Below, piece after piece: positions 54,021 to 64,000 of a stretch of 64,000 nucleotides of DNA (position 1 is its first letter; every line of letters begins with the position of its first letter). The position numbers and the translations under genes were made by a program. The stretch spans positions 20,770,001-20,834,000 of the forward strand of contig OZ260667.1 of NCBI GenBank assembly GCA_965285935.1, read 5' to 3'. A model generated the notes under the pieces. The model saw only the letters and a list, made by a program, of their open reading frames with translations. It was not told the DNA's origin and did no database searches. Source of the DNA: Ophelia neglecta. Lineage: Eukaryota.

Positions 54021-55127
54021 AGCTGATCACTTTCTTTCAGATAAGGTCATGAACATAGAGCCACCACTGACATACGAAACGCTTGAAAATACAAACCAGC
54101 ATAAAAATAAAATACCGGCACTCGATTCACCTTTTAGTACGCAAATGTGTGTCAGGTGTCTTCAATTATAAATACTACTCAAGGCGGTGTATATCCAATA
54201 ACTAATTTGGCGATGTGATGGCACATTGGAAAGTTTCATGTGTTCTTGGGTACTTTTCGCCAATCCTAATTATTTCATTTCAATCTCAACAAACGACAAA
54301 TCCTATATACAGGATATATCGCGTAAATTCCCACAACATCAACCGTGAATTGGATATCAATTTAACAGCTCACCTCGGTTCCCGCCCTCCGCACAACAGA
54401 AACGTAACAAGAAAATGTGACAGGCCTGATTGCAGTTTTAAGTTTATAAACCTAATTGTATTAACCAAACAAGAAGATAGTCCCTGTTGACTTAAACGTT
54501 TATGAATAATTGAAGTGCAGCTTGCCACTCATTTGACGAGCACTGGTACCCACCTGTATGTGCGCACTGTAAGTTATCTCTGTTCTCCTTCGTACCTGGG
54601 CAAAGCTTAAACCACATATCTCGTTGACCTAATATTAATTAGTGAACATGTTTTACAACTTTTTGCGTAGCCTACTCTTAGAAGTACATAGTTACTGTGC
54701 AAACATACCAAATAAGTCGCTTAGCTGTTTGCCACAAGGTCCTGTATATTAAGACGTTGCATACAGGGAACAAACAGAAAAATACGAATATAATTTATCA
54801 TGTACAAGTTCTGCTTGTGTTTTTTTTTAGTCCCTGGATACATTGCACGGTCTTAAATATCGGTTACCGGTGGCTTTCAAGTTTTATTGATAAACATGAC
54901 TGGCTGAGAACAAACATATTTAACAAGAGGACAAGAGATAGTATTTGATATGTGATTATAAACATCCCGATTATGATGAATTATCATGTGTTCTTGGGTA
55001 CTGCATAGCTGTGTAAGTTTTTATGTGCTGTTTTGTCCCGCTGAAGTTTTCACACCTACTAAGGCTGTGGCAAAGAAACAATTGACTTATTTGGTCAAGC
55101 ATGTGTCCTCCTTATAATCTTATTATC

Positions 55128-58100
55128 TTATTTTATTTCCTTCATATAGAGTTTAATTCCATGGGCAGCCTTCATTGTCAGCTCCGCTTTGTATTCCACC
55201 TCGTGAGAGGAATCAACAGTCAGAATAAATCTGTAATCAAAGGTCATTATATTCAAACGTATTCAAATATAAACCAGTCAAATATTTAGACGTTATTTAT
55301 GGGGAAATTTGACTTTATGAACTCGTTACCTGTGGAGTAGTCTTGAAACCACCACTTTGATCTCATTCATCGCAAAGTGTTGTCCAATACAATTTCTACA
55401 TAAAACATTAACACGAAATCAAGACCAGGATATATCGTTTAACTTTTAGCAAACACCCAACTGAAATATTCTTGTGACAGTATAATATATACCATTCTCT
55501 GTCAGTTCGATCCGAAAAATTTGTAGTTTACCTTGGCCCTGCAGAGAATGGACAAAATGCATGAGAATCCATGTTTTTCATTTTGTCAGGCTCAAATCTC
55601 TCCGGTTTAAACTCCTAACCAAAAAAAAAACACAAAATGTATTGTTGAAACAAACTGATAATAGCCTAATACATGTAATTTAAGGAACATTTGAAGACTC
55701 CTTCAAAATTGCCAAGTGTTTTCGACTATAAACCCAACCGATCAAAAGTTGTTATTGCGTTTTCGCCATGCCACAATTTGGTCACAATTTGGCCAACATT
55801 TCTCAGATGTTGGACTAGGCAAGCTGCAAATAATCGGTCCAGTTCCAAATATTCCGAACATTCCACAGCATTACACCCTACATCATAATGGCGTTCCTTC
55901 GCCTCCGAAAATCTGCTTAAATTATAACAAACCATGTGGTCTTCCCCCCAGACGTGGGGGTTGTGGTGCATAGCGTGGAGGTTGATGTCTATTAAGGCCC
56001 CGGGTGGGATGGTTACTCCGTCTAGGGTCAGGGGCTCCAGGTTTTCACGTGCCAAGAACCCCACCGGGCTGTGCATCCTCAACGCTTCCTTGATACACAA
56101 GGTCAGGTGGGTCATCTGATTTAGGTCATCCCTGAAATATCACTTGACAAAATTATATAAAAAATACCACAATTGGTTACTTCCATTAGCGTAAAGGGTT
56201 TGGCTCCTCAGATAAAACCTTGCAAACCGACCACTGTATGTAAGGAGAATCTTTGTCAGCTATTATTTGCTCAATTTCTTCTCGGCATTTTGATTGGTGT
56301 TCCGGTTCCCCCGCGATTGAATACAGGCACCACGAGATGGCGCTTGCCGTCGTGTCATGGCCTGTTTTCGAAAAAAGGAGAAAGTTGACAGGTTCAGTGT
56401 GGGACAGTCAGAAGAAAGACAATTCATATATGTTAAAACATATTGAAATATACCCAGAACTGAATGGAAATAGAGAGCGTTATTTCGAAATCGTATTATT
56501 TAAGGGACTTCTCAAAATAATGCTTATATGTATACTTACAAAAAAAAAAAAAAAAAAAAAAAAAAAACAGGATTAAGTATTATTTTTAATGATTACAGCT
56601 TTTAATTTTGTATATTTAATGATTTATTTATGGTTTCAGGAGTTGCAATCCAAACCTAGTGAGAAAACCAATTACCTGCCACAAGAAATGTGTTCACTTC
56701 GTTCCTGATTTCAAGATCCGAGAGACCATTTCCTTCATCATCGCGTGCTAACAACAAGATGTCCAGAAAGTCTCTACACTTCCTCTTCTGACCTGAAGTT
56801 TCTTCCACCTTTTCGTCACAAGCAGGTCACTATCATTTATTCATTGGACAAACTTGTAAAAACAATTTCGTGTGTTAGAATAAAAACGATGGAAAATATT
56901 ATTATAACTCCCTCCCTAGATTTAATATAAACAAATATCTTGCTGTCTTTTATTACCAAAGCCTGTTTCCGATTTGAAATTACGTCATCCGCCACCTTGT
57001 GGACAAAATTAACAAGACGTTTGTACTCTCGCCCCTCTGATGTTAGGTAGTAGAGGCTATCTATCTGCTGGTGCGGCTTGCTAGTGAGAACAGTAAATGG
57101 TCACAGAAGTACTTAATACTAAAAATATACTCAAAAGTTTTAAGTAGTCGTGCTATGAATTGCGAATCGAACAAGCATTTTGAAAAAGTCTCAATAGAAA
57201 GGAATATCTGCGAAATTCCAAAATATCGATAATTCAAACTTACAAATAACGTGCAATCATCTTATCGCCAAGGAATTGCACCGCGCTTACAAAAGGATGG
57301 CTTTCTCTGGAACGGGATAGCTTTATTGAAAAACAAACTTAAATAACATTTTGCGTAAGTAATACCAAAATCGCCTTTTACCCCCATTAATATAGTACCT
57401 TATTATCTATAATGCTGTATTGAATTATTTAATTTCTCGCATTTCCTATACTATGCGACAAACAATTTTAACGGTATTGCTCCTGTTTAGGACAGTCTGC
57501 CCTACCCCATGCGCTGCACATCGTCCGAATAGGAGAAAGCACAACGTAATATGACATTAAATGTGGCCAAACTGATTGGCTGAGTAATCTCCACACTGCC
57601 TTCACCAGAATTAGACGAAGCGAATTTTTCCTATTAAAAAGAACATTTTAGTACATTGTTTGGAAAGAAAGATTTGAACATATTGAGATGTACAATACCA
57701 GCAAATCAAAAGCATTGGAAAGTTTGTGAAGGTAAATATTGAAGCACTAATTGATTGTTTGTCCAATTCCGGCTATTTATAAATTATTTTTTTCTTCAAA
57801 ATTTAGTCACAGTATTAAACTCTACTAATAATATGTAGACGGTCTTGTATGGGATGCTCTTTGTTTATAATAAGTGTGTGTATTTGATTGGTCTCACCAG
57901 TAAGATATCCGTTGCTTCATTGTAAACGTCGAAGTACTGCTTCAGAACTTCGAAGTGAAAGGCGGGAGTTAGCAGTTTACGATTTCTGAACCATCGAGGT
58001 CCTTGGCTGATGAGCAACCCTTCCCCTATTGAACGGAGAGAACATAAACGATCAAATCACTTGAACAAAATATTTTGCAAGGAATTGCTGCTCATTATAC

Positions 58101-59800
58101 ATCATTATTATTTAAGCCTGAATTTAAGATAAGAACAGGGCGGCATTGGCCTTAATTGTCCATCAGTGAGAAGACTGACCGAGCCAGTCTTTGAGAAGGG
58201 CGTAACCGCCTATACCATCTACCATTCCCGCCTTGGGCTCTGTTGTCTTCAAGATTGCCTTGATTGGCTCTGGGTGGAACAACAGCATACCTGGCGACAT
58301 CAGACGGAGAAACTGCTAATAATTGTGTAGCCTTAAAACGGTCTGATTTTAATGCAGTGTTTGAACTGTTGCTGCAATATTATGTCGATAAAGCCGATCC
58401 CATTCGATCGTTAAAGGCATAAAAAGTATAGCATTAGAAAGCTCTCTACTTCGCGGAGTGATACCTGATTTAAAAGGTCCGAAGTAGAACTTCATCACTG
58501 TATTGAATTGAGCGGCCCAACGTACCACTGCCTTGATACCCTCGGCATTTGGGCCTGGATGCTAATGGAAGGAAAGAGCAATGTGTTTTCCAACAAATTA
58601 AACAGATAAATAACTCGTCGTTAATGTCTCATGGGAAAAAAAAACACTTATTATGTGTTATATTATTACAGTGAAAAGTGCCCCTGCGCGGTATAGAAAT
58701 CAAACTTATAAATATGGTTTTAATAAATAAGGGTTCAAAGGTTCTGGGGTAAAAACCGTGTTTGTTACTGATAATTCGCGCGATAGGATTGTTTAAATTC
58801 GTACACAGGAAGTTAAAACAGCTTTAAAAAAAGGTGCACGAATTCCTTGCATCCGGGCATTATTTACATGGTATGAAGATCAGCAGAAGCCACCAACCTC
58901 ACAATAAAAATGCTTACTATTATAAATAAATGCATGTTATCGAATATTTTATAAATGGTCAAAAGTCATGCACAAACTAACAACTAGGCCTATAGGTGCA
59001 CGCACTTACACCACATTAATGCTGAAAACTAAAACGCTCGTCTGCTATTGAGCGATTAATCCAAATTTTACCTTATCGTAAAGAAAATAACATTACGCAA
59101 AGAATAGGTAGCACATAATATTCATACTACTGATAACTTTTAAGTGTGGAATCATGCAATGTTTCATTTTTACCAACATGATACCTCAAACATTAGTCTT
59201 TTATCTTCAGTTGCACCCAATCTCCCTACAATAACGAAATCTAATAAGTACTTTATAATTAACTACAGGTAATCACAAATCGAGCGCGAACTTACCCGGG
59301 TGCGCGAACTTACACGGATTATCCCTACCAAAGAGGCGGAAGAAATAAAACTGAATGGCGTGGGCGGTTACTGAAATTTCCACCCTCCGCTCGACATTTT
59401 TAGGTGGAATAACCTTAATAAGGTTCCCCAAATTGAATTGTTATACACAACAATTCAAAGAATATGTATAGTTCCTGCATGCGTGCAGCCATTTCCTTAG
59501 ATATTGGATTCTTTTAATATAATATTGAAATCATACGTGATGTAACGATCCCTTCAACCAATGGGAAGGTAGGCCAGGTAGTTTCTCCAATTCTCTGTTT
59601 AGCATTTTTCGTTTGTGGATCCATCCTGCAATCCTATAAAAGTAGTAAACAGCTGGTATTGATACTACTCCTACGACTAACACCAATTTGGTGTTGTGTT
59701 CAAGCCAGCCCAGGCAATGTGACTTCAGGTCAGTGAGATCAGTGTGTCTTATGTGTTCAATAACATCCACGATTGTCGAAAATAAGCTGCGGAAATCCAT
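55128..59800 (-). CDS. Cytochrome P450, CYP4 clan, copy B, 13 exons, 541 aa, intact, I-helix variant
   Basis: Exons 59800-59537, 58561-58465, 58290-58180, 58025-57898, 57630-57506, 57306-57244, 57080-56957, 56808-56676, 56361-56232, 56131-55933, 55614-55532, 55395-55330, 55230-55128; exons 2-13 equal copy A in length. Motifs [46 protein letters not shown]. Confidence 0.95.
56540..56567. repeat. Poly(A) homopolymer in an intron of CYP copy B
   Basis: Directly visible A run. Confidence 0.9.
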
Positions 59801-60843
59801 ACCGCCTTTCGTGATGCAACCACCGATCGTTTTATTCCTCTTTGTTGTGAAATATATTATTTGTGAAGCTTTCCCCCTCTCTATAATGTGGATCTAAATT
59901 TCCATGTTGGACTTGGTCGCAATATAGAGGTCGTTCTGATTAAACATTTGTTCAAAAATTGACTAATATCACGTTGAATAAATGATTAGACTTGATAATA
60001 GTATTATTTTATCGATGTGGTTCAGTGTTATTAATATTTGTCATTCACGAGTTACCCTTTGTACTTTAACATACTCGAACAGTGCTACAGATATGGAGTA
60101 TAGTGTTAATATGTATAACACAAAACTGTTCACATCTGTACCACCATTGAGGAGACAGATAACGCCTATCTAATATATTATGAGTGCCTCGTGTCTGAGT
60201 ACAAGGCAATATATCGTCACACAAATGCATACATGTCCTTTAACATTTTCATAGTCTGGAGATGATTAAGAAATCTTTAATTAAATCAATGAATTTATCT
60301 AATTCAACTGATAAGCATGCTAGTTTGACACAGCAGGTCAGGCTTTTAAAATTATTTTTAATAAAAAAAAAAGCCTTCCTGTTGAGATCAAAATAATTAT
60401 AAGAATCCTTTTACTAGGAATTATCTATGATTTTGGTAATCAGTCCACAATTTAAAATGGAATATTAGGGCCTAAGTGACATATGATTTTAAGCCAAGTG
60501 CTTACAGTCAATATGAAAATTGCATATATATATATATATATCTTTATTTCCTCCGTTTTCGAAGAGTACAATTACTTGAGATTAATCTGACCTATATACA
60601 GAGATAAATTTACTAACAAATGGCGCCTTTACTGGACTTAAACACTTATTATTACATACAGCGAAAAGAATATTACAAAAATTATGTGTCAATAATGCTA
60701 ACTTGATATTTGACATTTGGTTGGACGTTAAGGTGCCATTTAGGATTTATGCTATCTTGACAGAAATGAAAATTGTAACCATTGTAACCAAGTGGTTTTT
60801 TAAAATATGAATAGTGTATGAGATTATAGGGTTTGCTATCTAT

Positions 60844-63470
60844 CTAAGCTTTATCTTTAAACATCAATTTTATTCCGTTTTCGGCTCTCATCACAAGTTC
60901 TGGTTTGTAGGCAACTTTGTGGTCAGGATCAACCGATATGTCAAATCTGAAAGAAATAATATTTCTAGGATAACATACTAATGTGACAACTTAAAGCCGC
61001 TTATATTATCAAAAAAGTCTTACAATTATAGATTATTTAACGAATAAATGGATCAGTATATAGTCAATATATTGTACGTGCCTATGAAGAACCCTCGCTA
61101 CCGCCACCTTAATTTCGTTCATGGCGAAGTTCTGGCCAATGCAGTTTCTTAAAAATAACAAGTTATAACCGGGTAAGGATAATATTATACGTGTTAATGT
61201 AATGTCTTTTTTACTGCTAGTATTATGATAGACTTTTGTAAATCTCTATTAAAAGATTGCCACTATTTCTCCTATTTCTCACTTACCGTGGACCAGCTGA
61301 AAATGGGCAGAAGGCATAAGAGTCCATCTTCTTCATGTTGTCAATGTCAAAACGCTCCGGTTTGAATTCCTATCATATATGTGATAAAATTCGTCGTTTA
61401 TTGGAAACCTTGATACAATCAGCTTATCAGTAGAAATTGCTTTTGGTTTTGCTGACTTTATAATTCGCTCGATATTCACTTACACACCCTTTGATTGCTT
61501 TACAAAGTTTAACACAATTCGTTGTATAATGTATGGAACTACTCTCATTTTCGACCACTAAGGAAGTTCAGAAGTATATATTTTTTCGGTATATTAACTT
61601 TTTAAACACTGAACAGAACGCACTGTAAGATGATTACATATCTAAGCTCGTAGGTAGTGTATTTTAAGGTTTTATGTCATACGACACACCCTGTGGTCCT
61701 CCCCCCAGACGTAGGGGTTGTGGTGGAGGGCGTAGAAGTTGATGTCGATGTGGGCCCCGGGTGGGATAGTCACGCCCTCTACCGTCAAAGGCTGTGTGTT
61801 TTCCCTTCCCACAAACGGCACAGGGCTGTGAATTCTCATAGCCTCTTTTATACACTGGGTGGTGAACGGCATCGCGTTCATATCATCCCTGGAAAAATGG
61901 GCAATTTTTGTCGTTTTTATTTCCTTTTATTAATACAGAGTGACCTTGAATTACTTGTTATTAAACTAGTAACAACCTTAGGTTTGGGTCATGAAGTATT
62001 TCTTTTAAGCTGAGAAAAATAACAAAGTTATTTACATAAATAGGGTCTATCAATGTTGAGCCTATATTTTACTTACCATTGGAGGTGGGGAGGGTCTCTA
62101 TCAGCTACTAACTGGTCGATCTCATGTCGACACCGAGCCTGATGTTCTGGGTGACATGCAAGTGTGTATAAACACCACGACACAGCACTAGCTGTCGTGT
62201 CGTGGCCTGAAGAAAGCCAAAACATTTTATATGTTAAATATGTTGCTACTGGTAATTCAAATGGTTGTTTTTCCCCCATTTATAAGCTGATCATTATCAA
62301 ATCAACATAAAGCAAGAGTTGCGAGAAAGCACGCTATCGTGCGCGCATAATGCCATATAATCATATTACATTTAATTGTACGGGTGGTTGTTCAACCACA
62401 CTTTCCGTATAAATGCTTGCTACATAAAAAGTTTGCGTTCACCCTCGAAAAGGAAGGTGTCTACTTCCTGTCTGATTTCCAGGTCAGTTAATCCATTTCC
62501 CTCCTCGTCACGTGCTAATAAAAGGATATCTAAAAAGTCAAGATATCGCTTGTCCTGGTTGTTTGTTCCTTCCGACTGCAAAAAAAACCCACAGTAGCTT
62601 CAGCATCAAATTAATTCCTGTGCGTTCTTAAACCGCCCTTTTATTCCCACTGCTTGCCGTTTGTCTGCCACACAAAGATAATACGAATAAAGCAAAATGA
62701 TTGTTCCAAATTTTGTTTATATTCGCATTAAAATATTCCAACAGTTGTGTTAAAAAGTCTACCATAATACTAAGCATAAACTTGTTCCATACAAATATTG
62801 TGAAATGTAAAACAGTATATAGCTCATATTTTGTAGATTTTGTCATACACGCCTACCAGGGCTTTTCTTCTATTGGCGATGATGTCGTCTGCTATTTTAT
62901 GGACATATTTGAGGTGTCGTCTGTATTCCCGGCCTGTTGATGTCATATAGAACAACCAATGAATCCACATGATGGGTTGACTATAAGTTAAAATCAAATT
63001 CCATCATAAGAACTTTATGTAACACTGTCAAGTTAAAGTTAACACATTGAAACTGACATAATATTGATAAAGTGTGCAGAGAAATGAGCTTTTTCCATTT
63101 TAATGGCAGATAAATGACCATGCGAAAGCTCAATGTGCAATTACTTAATATTTGGGGAAAATTGATACCTCATTCAGGAGGCAAAACACGGCCAAAAAAG
63201 CGCTTAGAATCACGGTATTGTGTTTTATATACAATCCTACTCTCAACATACTCAGATATTGAGTTTGTCATAATTTGGATAACCATTGCCATCGGGAATT
63301 GCGTTGAAAGCAAATAATTACTATGCCATATAATAAATATAATAGCATAATATATCTAAATATCAAAAGTTCCCTACAGAAAATGAAAAATTAACATATT
63401 TACTTACAAAAATCTGTACATTGTGATTTTGGCTAGAGACATAACAGCATTGACGTACGGGTGGTCATCA
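60844..63470 (-). CDS. Cytochrome P450, CYP4 clan, copy C, exons 6-13 (5' part lies beyond the window)
   Basis: Exons 63470-63408, 62980-62857, 62575-62443, 62206-62077, 61888-61690, 61369-61287, 61147-61082, 60946-60844; same lengths as copies A and B. Motifs [32 protein letters not shown]. The last intron has a GC donor. Confidence 0.93.
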
Positions 63471-64000
63471 CTGAAAAGAAATACGGACGAGTATAGTTTT
63501 CTATCCGTAAGACATATTGTGAATTTATCTATCATACTACAATGTGGACTGGCGTTAGGACAAACACTTTGATGCAAAATGTGCTTTGAATATGCATCAT
63601 TGTGAAACCTTCATATCGTAATTTTTATATCAACACCTGCTGTTATGATTTTTTATTGTTGTTTTTTGCCTTTGTGGGTCTTTCCAAAGATACGCATTTT
63701 CTATGCAAATTAGTTTGGATCTAGGTTGAACCAACACAGTAGGAATGGTTGCAAAACATTTATTATATATGGTTCAAAATAGCTCTCAACCAAAAGCTCC
63801 TCCAAATGCTCCTATAGGACTATAAATGCTCACAGATGATGATATTTTGTGCCTAATTTCTTTAACATTTGAAAGGTATATATCTAAAATGTAGATATTT
63901 TTATTCAAAGCATGGTTTTTATTGCTTTATGTATAATTTAAGACAGTTTTTGTTAAAATTATCCAAATTAGTTCAATCATGCACAAAGGAGGTTTTGACA

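Overview
AT-rich eukaryotic DNA with spliceosomal GT-AG introns, from an invertebrate animal (probably a marine lophotrochozoan; this is inference). Left to right: (1) the 3' end of a + strand gene encoding a tail-anchored protein; (2) a 3-exon claudin/PMP22-like gene on the minus strand, whose intron 1 holds a decayed Gmr1-type Gypsy element; (3) two tandem minus-strand ubiquitin-ligase genes, each with a single coding exon: a TRIM (RING-Bbox-Bbox-coiled coil-NHL-like) and a DEAH11/12-like RBR ligase that appears to lack its helicase core; (4) a second, divergently transcribed claudin-like paralogue with a 27-kb first intron, which contains an internally deleted hAT element with a 5-bp TSD, two minisatellites, a fold-back hairpin and SINE-like fragments; (5) a tandem cluster of three CYP4-clan cytochrome P450 genes on the minus strand, two complete and one cut by the window edge. 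The best candidate for an undescribed system is the two-gene E3 ligase cassette (helicase-less RNA-binding RBR plus TRIM-NHL) between the claudin paralogues. All gene models were derived by hand from splice signals and reading frames; no database searches were run.
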